This document shows positions 27,087 to 40,459 of a stretch of DNA of 64,000 nucleotides, piece by piece. The notes under the pieces were generated by a model, which worked only from the letters and a program-made list of their open reading frames with translations, was not told the DNA's origin and ran no database searches. The first letter of the stretch is position 1. Each line of letters begins with the position of its first letter. The stretch is from Bacteroidota bacterium (GTDB lineage Bacteria; Bacteroidota; Ignavibacteria; Ignavibacteriales; SURF-24), in contig JBLMZS010000042.1 of assembly GCA_050258935.1 (NCBI GenBank), positions 12,778 to 76,777 of the forward strand. The letters run 5' to 3'. Made by a program: the position numbers and the translations under genes.

Positions 27087-28350
27087 TCATAGCGTATTCG
27101 ATTCTGACAGCATTGTACGGCAGCAGCAGGAATGTCAATCCCACACCGTAACCGGAATCGAATTTCTTCAGTGTCACCGGTTCAGATCTTCTGAGAACTG
27201 TACCGGTATTAGTAAACACAGACATAAATATTTTCAGTCTGTAGCTGGTAAGTTGTTTAGGGACAATAGGCAGTTTGACTTTTATCGTCCAGTCACTAAT
27301 CAGCGGGTAGCGAAGTTCTGCAGAGGCTGTATAAAGCAAATCTCCTTCACGTTTGTGGCTGTAATAACCGCGAATCCTTTCATCCACACCCAGCATTGAA
27401 TTTTCAAAAAGCGGAATATTTTTGCCTAATGTATACCTGCCCGACATACGCCATTTAAATGACAGGCTACCCCAGAACTGACCGTAATTTCTTATATCCG
27501 TTCTAAGTACAGAATAATCAATGCCTCCGGATCCGAATCCATTGTATATGTATGTAAAGTTGCCATAAAATCCCGAATCAGGGAACTGCTTCAGGTTCCG
27601 GTTATCGTAAGTGTAGCTTAAACCTGCAGACGGAATTCGCGCTACCGGGCTGCCGGAAAAAGAAATATTTTTATTATTGTCCGGGTTTTCGACGTAAAGA
27701 AAACTTCCAGATATACTGGCTTCATTATATATATCGAACCTTTTACCTACAGTGAGGCTGTAGCCTATCATCTTCTGATCAAATTCATCACCATAGAGTT
27801 TTTCTGCAAAAATGCTTTTATTCACTACCTGTTTGTATGAAAGCGCAGTAGCCAGAAACACATTGTCTTTTCTTATCAGCCATGGATTTGAATATGTAAT
27901 GGAAAAAGAAGGGTCATAACCGAGGCCAACTGTAGTACTCAGTGTTTCATTACGGCCTCGAAAATTCTTCCAGAGAAGGTTTACACCATAGGTGACTTTA
28001 GATATTGTATTATCCTTCATCTGTGCAAAAGGTATAGGCCATATGTACCAGCTTTCTTCAACATCTATTAGTACAATAAACTCATCAGTTTTTCTGATAC
28101 CCCGGAATCTTACGTTTGTAAACAGGCCAAGGCTGTAGACGCGCTCCTTATTATATTTAAGAATTTCGGAATTAACCGTATCACCGACCCCGAAGGTCAG
28201 TTCCCTGAGAATTATTTCATCACGGGTTGTTTTATTCCCTTTGATTATTATTGAATCTACTTTCAGAGCTTCAGATGCATGAATACCAAACATAGGAAAT
28301 AATATCAGGAATCCAAGGGCCAGGTATTTTCTAAAAGACAGTATTTCCAA
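27037..28350 (-). CDS. BamA/TamA-family outer-membrane protein (single POTRA plus surface-antigen barrel)
   Basis: Signal peptide, a POTRA-like VDSIIIKGNKTTRDEIILRELTFGVGDTVN, then a Gly/Tyr-rich barrel ending GEFIFGTGFSF (C-terminal Phe). Confidence 0.7.
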   Translation of the reverse strand: MEILSFRKYLALGFLILFPMFGIHASEALKVDSIIIKGNKTTRDEIILRELTFGVGDTVNSEILKYNKERVYSLGLFTNVRFRGIRKTDEFIVLIDVEESWYIWPIPFAQMKDNTISKVTYGVNLLWKNFRGRNETLSTTVGLGYDPSFSITYSNPWLIRKDNVFLATALSYKQVVNKSIFAEKLYGDEFDQKMIGYSLTVGKRFDIYNEASISGSFLYVENPDNNKNISFSGSPVARIPSAGLSYTYDNRNLKQFPDSGFYGNFTYIYNGFGSGGIDYSVLRTDIRNYGQFWGSLSFKWRMSGRYTLGKNIPLFENSMLGVDERIRGYYSHKREGDLLYTASAELRYPLISDWTIKVKLPIVPKQLTSYRLKIFMSVFTNTGTVLRRSEPVTLKKFDSGYGVGLTFLLLPYNAVRIEYAMNDKNEGEFIFGTGFSF

Positions 28351-28377
28351 ATATTCTTCCTTTTTCAGTTTTGTAAA

Positions 28378-28776
28378 TTATTTACAGTAACGGTGTTCGA
28401 TATATATGCATTTGTTCTGAATGGTCTCTATACCATTATTCTCGCACAGTTCCATAGCGCCATTGTTTTCTATACCCAGCTGCAGCCAGACCACAGCCGG
28501 TTTGACCCTGAGAATATCAGGCAATAATTCCGGGATAAGTTCTGACCGTCTGAAAACGTCAACAATATCAATCTTAAAGGGAACATCGTCCAATGATTTA
28601 ACAACCCGTATGCCGTCGACTACATCGGATTTAGAAAGCGGGTTAACTCCAATTACATTATAACCGGCATCACTCAGATATCCAGCAATATTCCTGCTGT
28701 CACGCCCCGGTTTATCCGAGAGCCCGACAACAGCGATATTCTTTGACTGCTTTAATATTTCACAGACAGATCTCAT
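28378..28776 (-). CDS. CoA-binding domain protein (YccU/YneT-like)
   Basis: KNIAVVGLSDKPGRDSRNIAGYLSDAGYNVIGVNP is typical of the small CoA-binding Rossmann proteins. 132 aa. Confidence 0.8.
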   Translation of the reverse strand: MRSVCEILKQSKNIAVVGLSDKPGRDSRNIAGYLSDAGYNVIGVNPLSKSDVVDGIRVVKSLDDVPFKIDIVDVFRRSELIPELLPDILRVKPAVVWLQLGIENNGAMELCENNGIETIQNKCIYIEHRYCK

Positions 28777-28895
28777 ATAATCCTCGTATAATTCAATAGT
28801 AATTATATATTATCACTTAAATATCTGATAAAAGCAAATGATACTGTATGTGTGTGTTTTTGTGTACTGGGTACTAATATACTGAGTTCAATGCT

Positions 28896-28932
28896 GCATC
28901 CTGCATACATATACAAATATGCAGCAGGATGC
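28896..28932 (-). terminator. Candidate hairpin downstream of gcvP (weak U-tract)
   Basis: GCATCCTGC...GCAGGATGC is a 9-bp stem, extendable through CTGCAT/ATGCAG, and lies 12 nt past the gcvP stop. No clear T-run follows on the minus strand. Confidence 0.3.
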
Positions 28933-28943
28933 GCAATCATCTT

Positions 28944-31808
<2,865 letters not shown>

Positions 31809-31981
31809 TGATTGGTCCCGTTTTTGGTGGCAATAGCAAATAATTGTTGTGTTAAATATAACAAAACTTGCAGAAATATTTCCTGAGACAATTTAAACAG
31901 TTTATTAAAACACGAAAAATTACTACATTTCGGTGAACAAAACCTGAATGAACATTTCTATTTTAAATAATATACACTATA

Positions 31982-33964
31982 ATGCAAGATTTTTTAAAAC
32001 GCCTGCCTATACATGTTCGGTTTCTGCTTTTCAATTATGTTACCGGACTGTTCTTTTTCCTGATTTTCAGAATAATACTTGTTGCAACGAATCCTGATAA
32101 AGTATCAGCACTGCCTGTCACAGAAAAATACTCTCTTATTTTCAACGCATTTCTCATGGGATTGCGTTTTGATACTGTAATTTCGGGATACATACTTACA
32201 CTGCCTTTTCTCCTGCTTTTCATTTTTTCATTTGTTAATAAAGGCTCGAAAATAATTGACAAAAGTATGCTGATGCTGACAGGAATTCTGTACACCATCT
32301 CTTTCATGATCTGCAGTGCTGATATACCCTACTTCAAGTATTATTTTTCCAGGTTCACTACAGCTGCTTTCAACTGGGCTGACCAGAAAAAATTTATGTT
32401 GGGAATGATATTCGGTGAATCCAGCTACTTCCTGTATTCGATACTTTTCCTCATACTTGCAGCAATCTACTGGACTCTGTTGATCAAATCAGGGAAAGTT
32501 GTATTTGACAGAACAGAGCGGTCAAAACCTGGTATAAAAAATTCCGGCTTAATCTTAAATATTGTTTCTTTTATATTGCTTCTCCCGGTAATATTTCTTG
32601 GTATCCGGGGCAGGCTTGAACAGAAGTCGCCCATCAGGGTAGGCACGGCATATTTCTCGTCATATGCATTTCCTAATCAGTTAGGACTTAATCCCGTTTT
32701 CACTTTTATCAGAAGTTATCTCGATGATAATGACGGAAAGACAAAGGAACTCAGGCTAATAGATGATAAACTCGCACTGGCCAATACAGTAAGCTTTCTG
32801 CAGAGTCCCGGCGATTCCAGATTTCCAATAGCCCGGCTATCCGCTTGCAGCGGTGTTCCGAGTGGTGCTAATGTTGTGCTGATAATTATGGAAAGCATGT
32901 CAGCAGAAAAAATGAAACGCTACGGGAACAAGGATAATCTCACTCCCAGACTCGACAGTCTGGCTGGCTTGTCGTACTGTTTTGACAGGTTTTACAGTGC
33001 CGGGATTCATACATACAATGGAATATTCTCGACACTGTATTCTTTCCCTGCGCTCCTCAGACAACATCCCATGAAGAATACCAGAATCCCGGCGATGACC
33101 GGACTACCCATTACGCTGAAGTCCAACGGGTATTCCACCGTATTCTTCACTACTCACGATGAGCAGTTTGACAACATGGCCGGCTTTATGTATTCAAATG
33201 GATTTGAGAAAGTTGTTAGTCAGAAGGACTATCCGCCGGAATGGATTAAGGGTGCGACCGGCGTCCCTGATCATATTTTATTTGAGCAGTCGATCCCGGT
33301 CCTCAGAAATCTGCATAAAATGGGTAAACCATTCTTTTCTGCGATGCTTACGGCGAGCGACCACGGCCCGTATTATATCCCTGAGAGTATCCCATTCAAA
33401 CCGCACAGCCAGGGTATGCTAAAACAGATCATTGAATATGCCGACTGGTCTATTGGACACTTTATGAAGCTTGCATCAAAAGAAGACTGGTACGATAATA
33501 CGATATTTGTTTTTGTCGCTGATCACGGAGCAAATCTTAACCCGGTATATGACATGCCTCTGTCCTTTAACCATTCTCCGTTTCTGATCTACATGCCCGG
33601 AAAGACTCAGGAGAATAAGTCATTCGGCTGTCTGGCCGGACAGATTGACGTATTTCCCACTATCATGCATCTGCTGAATATCCCCTATATTAACAATACA
33701 ATGGGAATTGACCTTTTCAGCAGCCGCAGGGATTTTATATATTTCTGCAATGATGACAAGATAGGCTGTCTCAATGAAAAATACTTTTACGTATACAGAA
33801 CATCCGGCAGTGAATCACTCTACTATTATGCGGACAATTCCACTGGTGATGTCATTACCGGCAACAAACAGCTCTCAGAGACGATGAAAAACTACGCATT
33901 CAGTATGATGCAGACCTCCCAGTGGCTCATCAAACATGATCTGACAGGACAACCCGGGAAATAA
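31982..33964 (+). CDS. LTA-synthase / phosphoglycerol-transferase-family sulfatase-fold membrane protein
   Basis: Five or so N-terminal TM helices are followed by an extracytoplasmic sulfatase-like domain: NVVLIIMESMSAEKM, AGIHTYNGIFS and FVFVADHG. Confidence 0.75.
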   Translation: MQDFLKRLPIHVRFLLFNYVTGLFFFLIFRIILVATNPDKVSALPVTEKYSLIFNAFLMGLRFDTVISGYILTLPFLLLFIFSFVNKGSKIIDKSMLMLTGILYTISFMICSADIPYFKYYFSRFTTAAFNWADQKKFMLGMIFGESSYFLYSILFLILAAIYWTLLIKSGKVVFDRTERSKPGIKNSGLILNIVSFILLLPVIFLGIRGRLEQKSPIRVGTAYFSSYAFPNQLGLNPVFTFIRSYLDDNDGKTKELRLIDDKLALANTVSFLQSPGDSRFPIARLSACSGVPSGANVVLIIMESMSAEKMKRYGNKDNLTPRLDSLAGLSYCFDRFYSAGIHTYNGIFSTLYSFPALLRQHPMKNTRIPAMTGLPITLKSNGYSTVFFTTHDEQFDNMAGFMYSNGFEKVVSQKDYPPEWIKGATGVPDHILFEQSIPVLRNLHKMGKPFFSAMLTASDHGPYYIPESIPFKPHSQGMLKQIIEYADWSIGHFMKLASKEDWYDNTIFVFVADHGANLNPVYDMPLSFNHSPFLIYMPGKTQENKSFGCLAGQIDVFPTIMHLLNIPYINNTMGIDLFSSRRDFIYFCNDDKIGCLNEKYFYVYRTSGSESLYYYADNSTGDVITGNKQLSETMKNYAFSMMQTSQWLIKHDLTGQPGK

Positions 33965-34148
33965 CTATGTGACCGCTGTCACTGACTTAATATACATCCC
34001 TATAATATTTTCAGTTGCTTCCGATTATAACAATAATCGGAGCAGCCGCCTGAATTGGCCTGCCTTGTTTGTTTACCAATAATAATGTATTTGGCATCTT
34101 TTACCAGCCACAATTTTCGGGCACCAAATATTACACGGAGGTAATATC

Positions 34149-36506
34149 ATGAAATGGTTCAATAACTTATCTCTGGGGGGAAAAATAATCGTTGTCAACA
34201 TTCTATCATCTCTTGTACTTGTTATTATTGCAGTTGTCATAGGAGTATTTGAATTTTCATCTTCCTTCAAGGAATCAGCCGTTAAAGACGTTGAGCTAGC
34301 TTTGAACAGTTATGTTGAACAACTGAATGAATACAAAAACACTTCTCTATACTTTTCGTCACAGCTTTCAGAAAACGCTGTCCTCACTGCTTCCATTAAA
34401 AATAATGACCGCTTATCTCTGGAGACAGCAGTTAAAAGGATAATCAGCGGCACAGATCTGGACTATGTAATAGTCGCGGACAAGTCCGGTAATGTTATTC
34501 TCAGCGTTGGTTATTTGTTCAGTCAGGATGGAAAGGTCATAGACAGAACTGAAATTTCCTCAGCTCTGCACAACTCCAGGTCAACAATTCTGGAATCCTG
34601 GCAGAATGACAAAATTTCCATCAGCACAGGTTCTCCCGTGATTGATGGTAACGGAAATGTGATTGCAGCAGTTTCAGCTGGTTATTTATTATCTGATAAC
34701 GCTAAACTCGATAGACTTAAATCTCAGTACAAAACCGATTTCACACTGTTCCTCGGCGACACGAGAATCAGCACCACCATTATTAACGGTGAAGGAAAAA
34801 GGTTGGTGGGGACAAAACTGGACCCCAAAATTGCACAGATTGTACTCAGCAAAAATTCATATTATTCAGGATCTGCTGATATTCTGGGAATTCCCTACGT
34901 TACGGCTTACCGTCCGATTCATGCCCCTGATGGAAAAGCTATGGGTGTAATATTTGCCGGCAATCCCCTGTCCCAGATAAGCGCTACACGAAACAGCATA
35001 ATTCTCAAACTTCTTCCCGTAATTATAATAGTGTTCCTTTCCATTGGGTTTATCGTCATCAGAGTAATGAAGAAAATTCTTATTAAACCCATAATGAACC
35101 TTATAGAAAACGGAGCCGATAAGATCGCTGCCGGAGATATCGAAATTGATTTTAACAGCAGCAGAACCGACGAAATCGGCCGGCTGGAAAGAGCTTTCAT
35201 GGATATGGTCAGTAATATAAAGATGAAGGTCAGTGCGGCAGAAAAAATATCTTCGGGTCAGCTGGAGTTTGATCTCGAACTGAAATCAGAGAAGGACATT
35301 CTCGGCAAAAGCATTCTGAAGATTTCATCCACTTTGAAAGAATTGGTTGCAGAAACAAAGTTTATGACTGATTCATATATACACGGCAGACTCTCTGTAA
35401 GAGCCATTACGGATAAGTACTCCGGCAGTTACCGTGAACTGCTGAGCGGGTTCAATTCAGGCATCGATGAAATTGTGTTCCCGACTCGTGAAGGCAGCAT
35501 GGTTCTGGAAAAACTGGCTTCCGGAGACCTGACCGCCAGAGTCACCGGGGAATTCGACGGAGACCATAAAATTCTTATAAACAGCATTAACACTCTCGCT
35601 GAATCCATGGAAACTGCAATTTCTGAAGTTTCCAGGACTGTCGGAATTACTGTCCAGGCCAGTTCACAAATTTCCGAATCTGCAGTTCAGATTGCCGATG
35701 GCACAAAAATCCAATCGGACCAGTCAACTGAAATTGCATCTGCTATTGAAGAGATGACGCGTACAATATTCGAAAATTCAAAAAACTCTTCGTTCGCTTC
35801 TGAAGCAGCTAGACAGGCGGGCCAGAAGGCTGTTGAAGGCGGAGGGACTGTGGGAGAAAGCATTTCCGGAATGCTCAAAATTGCAGAGATAGTTGATGAA
35901 ACTGCCGTTACGGTCGAGGCTCTTGGACAGAGCTCAAGAGAAATCGGAGATATTATACAGGTAATCGACGACATTGCCGATCAGACAAATCTTCTGGCTC
36001 TTAATGCCGCAATAGAAGCTGCACGCGCCGGCGAACAGGGCCGCGGATTTGCAGTCGTTGCCGACGAAGTAAGAAAACTTGCCGATAAAACTTCGCTGGC
36101 GACTAAGGAAATCACCACTATGATAAGGACTATACAGGAAGAAACCAATTCAGCTGTTGAATCCATCAAGGAAGGTACGGCTGTTGTATCCAAGGGCAAA
36201 GAGCTTGCACAAAAAGCAGATGTTTCACTTAGAGAAATCATTCAGGAGACTGACAAGGTCGCAGAACTGGTTTCACAGGTCGCCGTTGCAAGCGAGGAAC
36301 AGTCGGCTACAGTTGAACAGATAAGCAGAAGTGTAGAAGGCATCTCAGGTGTGATTCAGAAATCGGTCGACGGCACTACCATGACAGCTCATGCTGCCGA
36401 AGAACTGAACGAACTGACCGGCAATCTGCAGGATCTCGTAAGTAAATTCAGACTGTCAGACCAGGTTCTATCAGACAGGCGCAGAACTGCAGGCATATAT
36501 TCTTAA
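34149..36506 (+). CDS. Methyl-accepting chemotaxis protein with a periplasmic Cache-like sensor and HAMP domain
   Basis: Two TM segments flank a ~270-aa sensor domain, followed by a HAMP region ([10 protein letters not shown]...IGRLERAF). The highly conserved signalling hairpin is [36 protein letters not shown]. Confidence 0.9.
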   Translation: MKWFNNLSLGGKIIVVNILSSLVLVIIAVVIGVFEFSSSFKESAVKDVELALNSYVEQLNEYKNTSLYFSSQLSENAVLTASIKNNDRLSLETAVKRIISGTDLDYVIVADKSGNVILSVGYLFSQDGKVIDRTEISSALHNSRSTILESWQNDKISISTGSPVIDGNGNVIAAVSAGYLLSDNAKLDRLKSQYKTDFTLFLGDTRISTTIINGEGKRLVGTKLDPKIAQIVLSKNSYYSGSADILGIPYVTAYRPIHAPDGKAMGVIFAGNPLSQISATRNSIILKLLPVIIIVFLSIGFIVIRVMKKILIKPIMNLIENGADKIAAGDIEIDFNSSRTDEIGRLERAFMDMVSNIKMKVSAAEKISSGQLEFDLELKSEKDILGKSILKISSTLKELVAETKFMTDSYIHGRLSVRAITDKYSGSYRELLSGFNSGIDEIVFPTREGSMVLEKLASGDLTARVTGEFDGDHKILINSINTLAESMETAISEVSRTVGITVQASSQISESAVQIADGTKIQSDQSTEIASAIEEMTRTIFENSKNSSFASEAARQAGQKAVEGGGTVGESISGMLKIAEIVDETAVTVEALGQSSREIGDIIQVIDDIADQTNLLALNAAIEAARAGEQGRGFAVVADEVRKLADKTSLATKEITTMIRTIQEETNSAVESIKEGTAVVSKGKELAQKADVSLREIIQETDKVAELVSQVAVASEEQSATVEQISRSVEGISGVIQKSVDGTTMTAHAAEELNELTGNLQDLVSKFRLSDQVLSDRRRTAGIYS

Positions 36507-36593
36507 GGTGCTGTAAAATAAATTATACGGATATTGGTTTTTGACGGTTGAATGTTTCTGTAAATAATCAAATATTTAAGCATTCAAAATTTA

Positions 36594-37532
36594 ATGAAAG
36601 GTAATGAATTGAAAAAACTGTTATTATTTTTTATTCTTTTACCGCTCGTCTGTGTGCCTGCTCAGAAAAATGCACCGAATATTCAGAAGATTGCAGATGG
36701 TTTCAGCTTCCCCGAAGGTCCTGCCTATGACGGGAAAAATGCCATATATTTGTCCAACTGCCATGGTGACTGGATTGCACGCCTCACTCTCGACGGTAAG
36801 AAGGATACTTTTCAAACATCTTCTGCTTCTGACGTACGATTCGGTCAGACTAACGGCATGGCTTTCTTCAGTGACGGCAGTCTTTATGCTACCGACTACA
36901 AGAACGGTACTATACTGAAATTCATCCCATCCACAGGCAGGAGCGAAATTATACTCAATGGCTATAACGGCAAGAAGTTTAACAGACCTAATGACATGGC
37001 TTTCGACTGGAAGGGCAGCCTTTTCTTTACCGATCCAAGTTCATACGACGTAAACCGTCCTGATGGCTGTGTCTATATGTTTGACCGGAACAATAACGTG
37101 CTGCGCTGCGTCATTGATTCTCTCTGCTTCCCTAACGGAATAGCATTCAGTCCCGACAAAAAGTATTTGTTTGTATGTGAATCGGCAAAACAGAGGGTGC
37201 TCAGATTTGATGTCAACGGCGGTTTCCGGAATTTTTCCGTTTTCTGCGAACTGCCGGGCGGTGATCCTGACGGACTTGCATTTGATAAAAGCGGGAATCT
37301 TTATATCGCCCATTTCGGTGGCGGAAATATTTATGTCTACTCCCCTGACGGAAAGCTGAAAGAAAAATTCAGTACTCCGGGTAAAAAACCGAGCAACCTG
37401 GAATTTGCAGGCCGCGATATGAAGACACTGGTGTTTACTGAAGATGAAACAAATGCAGTATATAAAATACGGGTAAAAATTCCCGGTTTCAGACTATTCT
37501 CATCACCGGCCAGACAGCAAGCAAGCAAATAA
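36594..37532 (+). CDS. SMP-30/gluconolactonase/LRE-family beta-propeller protein, secreted
   Basis: Signal peptide. Repeated propeller blades: FPEGPAYDG, RPNDMAFDWKGSLFFTDP, FPNGIAFSPDKKYLFVCES and PDGLAFDKSGNLYIA. Confidence 0.8.
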   Translation: MKGNELKKLLLFFILLPLVCVPAQKNAPNIQKIADGFSFPEGPAYDGKNAIYLSNCHGDWIARLTLDGKKDTFQTSSASDVRFGQTNGMAFFSDGSLYATDYKNGTILKFIPSTGRSEIILNGYNGKKFNRPNDMAFDWKGSLFFTDPSSYDVNRPDGCVYMFDRNNNVLRCVIDSLCFPNGIAFSPDKKYLFVCESAKQRVLRFDVNGGFRNFSVFCELPGGDPDGLAFDKSGNLYIAHFGGGNIYVYSPDGKLKEKFSTPGKKPSNLEFAGRDMKTLVFTEDETNAVYKIRVKIPGFRLFSSPARQQASK

Positions 37533-37547
37533 ATATTTTACAGATAT

Positions 37548-37578
37548 AAAAAAAGCCGTCCGGTTCCGGACGGCTTTT
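37548..37578. terminator. Bidirectional rho-independent terminator between convergent genes
   Basis: aaaaaaa-GCCGTCCGG-tt-CCGGACGGC-tttt: a perfect GC-rich stem flanked by A and T runs. Confidence 0.85.
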
Positions 37579-37598
37579 GATGTAAGGCTATAAACTTT

Positions 37599-38153
37599 CT
37601 ATCTGACAGATTCTGACATTTCCACCAGTTCCATTCCCCTCTTCAGAGCTTTTTCATTCAACGGAATAAGATGGTGGTAACGCTCCGGTAATACTTTCTT
37701 CAGACCCAGCAATATATTTTCCGTTTTTATAATGGGTTTTTTCTTCAGAAATGCACCCAGCATCACCATATTCATTATCTTTGGATTTTCCAGCTTTATC
37801 GCTTCATTTGCAGCATCGACTGCGAGTATATCAATATCCGTCCTTTGGGGAGGATTAATTATCATACTGCCTTCATATATAAGCAGTCCGCCGGGTTTCA
37901 CAGCAGATTCGAACTTTTCCATTGAAGGCTGGTTCAGAATTATGACAGTGTCAAATTTAGTCAGTATGGGCGAACTGATAGGGCTGTCGCTTATAATCGC
38001 AATGCAGTTTGCAGTTCCGCCGCGCATTTCAGGTCCGTATGAAGGCATCCAGCTGACCTCTTTATCCTCCATTACACCGGAGTAGCATAGAATCTGTCCC
38101 ATGGACAACACTCCCTGCCCGCCAAAACCGGCTATTACAATTTCTTCAGTCAT
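37599..38153 (-). CDS. 2-oxoacid:ferredoxin oxidoreductase, gamma subunit
   Basis: 184 aa. AGFGGQGVLSMGQIL and SYGPEMRGG are typical of the OFOR gamma domain. Confidence 0.8.
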   Translation of the reverse strand: MTEEIVIAGFGGQGVLSMGQILCYSGVMEDKEVSWMPSYGPEMRGGTANCIAIISDSPISSPILTKFDTVIILNQPSMEKFESAVKPGGLLIYEGSMIINPPQRTDIDILAVDAANEAIKLENPKIMNMVMLGAFLKKKPIIKTENILLGLKKVLPERYHHLIPLNEKALKRGMELVEMSESVR

Positions 38154-38209
38154 TTTATAAATCCTCTTTACTTTAATTTTTAAGGAAATACCATGAATTA
38201 TATATGCAT

Positions 38210-39034
38210 TTATTCCACAGGGGTCTTCAGATCACCCAGCGGATAATAAGGAAGCATATGTTCTTCAAGCCATTTATTTGACTGTACAGGAGTCATTTTC
38301 CAGTTTGAAGGACAGTTGGATACTATTTCAACAAAGCTCAGTCCTTTTTTCAGTTTCTGGTATTCAAACCCCTTTGTAATAGCTTTTTTAGTCTTGCGCA
38401 CGTTTCCAGGTGTATTTACCGCGCACCTTGTGGCATAATAAACACCTGGCAGTGTTGCGATAATATCTGTGATCTTCAGCGGAGAGCCCATACTGGAAAT
38501 ATCCCTGCCAAACGGTGAGGTAGTGGATTTCATACCAGGCAGCGTTGTGGGCGCCATCTGACCGCCGGTCATTCCGTATATTCCGTTGTTAATGAATATG
38601 ATCAATATATTTTCGCCTCTGTTGCAGGTGTGAATGGTCTCTCCTGTCCCTATGGCAGCCAGATCACCGTCACCCTGGTAAGTGAATACATATTTTTCGG
38701 GAAGCACTCTCTTAATGCCGGTTGCAACTGCACTTGCCCTGCCGTGAGCCGCTTCCTGCATATCAATATTCAGGTAATTATATGCAAATACAGAACATCC
38801 GACAGGTGCAACACCCACAGTCTCAGACTGTATTCCGAGTTCGTCTATAACTTCGGCAATAATCCTGTGAGCAACGCCGTGTCCGCAGCCGGGGCAATAG
38901 TGCAGGGGCGAATCAGTAAGCGCTGCCGGTCTGTTGTAGACCATATTTTCCTGGACGCATAACAGATCTTCTGCAGCGACAGGGCTGTCCGGTTCAAATA
39001 CCGGATCTTCAGCTAGCATTTTTTTCTCGTTCAT
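38210..39034 (-). CDS. 2-oxoacid:ferredoxin oxidoreductase, beta (TPP-binding) subunit
   Basis: CPGCGHG cysteine motif and the TPP motif YQGDGDLAAIG...IFINNGIYGMTGGQ. I prefer the start at MNEKKM (39034), where the ATG overlaps the alpha-subunit stop (ATGA), over the ORF-track start at 39130. Confidence 0.85.
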   Translation of the reverse strand: MNEKKMLAEDPVFEPDSPVAAEDLLCVQENMVYNRPAALTDSPLHYCPGCGHGVAHRIIAEVIDELGIQSETVGVAPVGCSVFAYNYLNIDMQEAAHGRASAVATGIKRVLPEKYVFTYQGDGDLAAIGTGETIHTCNRGENILIIFINNGIYGMTGGQMAPTTLPGMKSTTSPFGRDISSMGSPLKITDIIATLPGVYYATRCAVNTPGNVRKTKKAITKGFEYQKLKKGLSFVEIVSNCPSNWKMTPVQSNKWLEEHMLPYYPLGDLKTPVE

Positions 39035-40101
39035 ACTGTTTCTCCCATATAAATTGTTTCCAGACGTTTTACTATTTCCTCGGGAGAAGGTATAACACCG
39101 CCCATCCTTCCGTGGAATTCTACGCTGCATTTGCCGTTGACAGCGAGGCGCACATCCTCGACCATCTGACCGGCATTCATTTCAACCGTCATGATGCCTC
39201 TGACTGATCCGGCAAGATCGCTGATCTGTTTATACGGGAACGGATAGAGAGTTTTAGGTCTGAAAACTCCGACTTTTATGCCTTTGCTGCGTGCTATCTG
39301 AGCGGCCTTCACGCAGATCCTGGCTACGAGTCCGAATGCCACGAACACTATTTCAGCATCGTCGCACATAATTTTCTCGAAGCGCACTTCCTCTTCTTCA
39401 ATTTTTCTGTATTTTGCCTGAAGATGAATGTTTATGTCTTCCATCTTTTCAGGTTCGATATGCAGTGATGTAATAATATTCCTTTCTCTGTCTGCAGGTT
39501 TTCCTACAGTCGCCCATGTTTCAATCTCAGTTTTCCTGGGCACCTGTTCAAACAGATTTACTTTTTCCATCATCTGTCCCATAGCACCATCTGCGAGCAG
39601 CATGACGGGATTTTTCCACTTGAAGGCCAGTTCAAACCCCAGTTTTGTATAGTCCACCATTTCCTGGACCGTGGAGGGAGCGAGCACTATCATTTTATAA
39701 TCCCCATGTCCTCCGCCTTTAACCGCCTGAAAATAATCACCCTGAGACGGCTGAATAGTTCCCAGACCCGGGCCGCCGCGTACAACGTTAACCAGCAGGC
39801 ATGGAAGCTCTGCACAGGCTATATATGAAATACCTTCCTGCATAAGGCTGACGCCGGGAGATGATGAGGAAGTCATAACCCTTTTCCCGGTACCAGCTGC
39901 GCCATAAACCATATTTATAGCAGCTACTTCACTTTCGGCCTGCAGGACGACCATTCCCGTCCTTCTTTCAGCCTCAACGCTCAGATATTCCAGAACTTCG
40001 CTCTGCGGAGTGATAGGATAACCAAAATAGGCATCACAGCCGCTGCGTATTGCAGCTTCTGCAAGGGCCTCGTTTCCTTTCATGAGTTTTGATTCTTTCA
40101 T
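39031..40101 (-). CDS. 2-oxoacid:ferredoxin oxidoreductase, alpha subunit (VorB/KorA-like)
   Basis: LMKGNEALAEAAIRSGCDAYFGYPITPQSE N-terminus and a 356-aa length are typical of alpha subunits of four-subunit OFORs. It overlaps the delta gene by 4 nt. Confidence 0.85.
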   Translation of the reverse strand: MKESKLMKGNEALAEAAIRSGCDAYFGYPITPQSEVLEYLSVEAERRTGMVVLQAESEVAAINMVYGAAGTGKRVMTSSSSPGVSLMQEGISYIACAELPCLLVNVVRGGPGLGTIQPSQGDYFQAVKGGGHGDYKMIVLAPSTVQEMVDYTKLGFELAFKWKNPVMLLADGAMGQMMEKVNLFEQVPRKTEIETWATVGKPADRERNIITSLHIEPEKMEDINIHLQAKYRKIEEEEVRFEKIMCDDAEIVFVAFGLVARICVKAAQIARSKGIKVGVFRPKTLYPFPYKQISDLAGSVRGIMTVEMNAGQMVEDVRLAVNGKCSVEFHGRMGGVIPSPEEIVKRLETIYMGETV

Positions 40102-40385
40102 TGTTTCACCATTACTGTTAAGTCGTTTTGGACATTTGTTATTGTTGCGACCGGCTCATTTTTGGTGAGCGTCTTTCTGTACACCCTGATTATACCTTCA
40201 GGGCATACAAGAGCGCAGTTAGTGCACCCCGTACAATTGTCTTCGATTCTTACGATGTAATGATATCCTTTGGCGTTGATATTTCGAGACAACTCAAGTG
40301 AGTGCTGCGGACAGGCGGCTGCACACAGCTCGCATCCCTTGCATTTCTCGATATCCACCAGGATATCACCTTTTACTTTTGCCAT
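40098..40385 (-). CDS. 2-oxoacid:ferredoxin oxidoreductase, delta subunit (2x[4Fe-4S] ferredoxin)
   Basis: 95 aa with CKGCELCAAACP and CTGCTNCALVCP. Confidence 0.8.
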   Translation of the reverse strand: MAKVKGDILVDIEKCKGCELCAAACPQHSLELSRNINAKGYHYIVRIEDNCTGCTNCALVCPEGIIRVYRKTLTKNEPVATITNVQNDLTVMVKQ

Positions 40386-40459
40386 GATACTGCTCCATAA
40401 TTTGGATATTTGCGGAACAATTTATTTAACCCGCCGCACCGCAAAGGATCTTTTGGACC

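Noticed and set aside
31809-31981. A possible glycine riboswitch upstream of gcvP.
   Set aside because: The 173-bp region is AT-rich and lacks the conserved GGAGAG...CACCG...CTCTGGAGAG-type cores. No convincing paired aptamer structure is visible.
38210-39130. A long N-terminal extension of the OFOR beta subunit (track start at 39130).
   Set aside because: The extra 32 codons overlap the alpha-subunit 3' end in another frame and encode an Arg-rich non-homologous peptide. The ATG at 39034 gives the classic ATGA stop/start coupling and a conserved-looking N-terminus.
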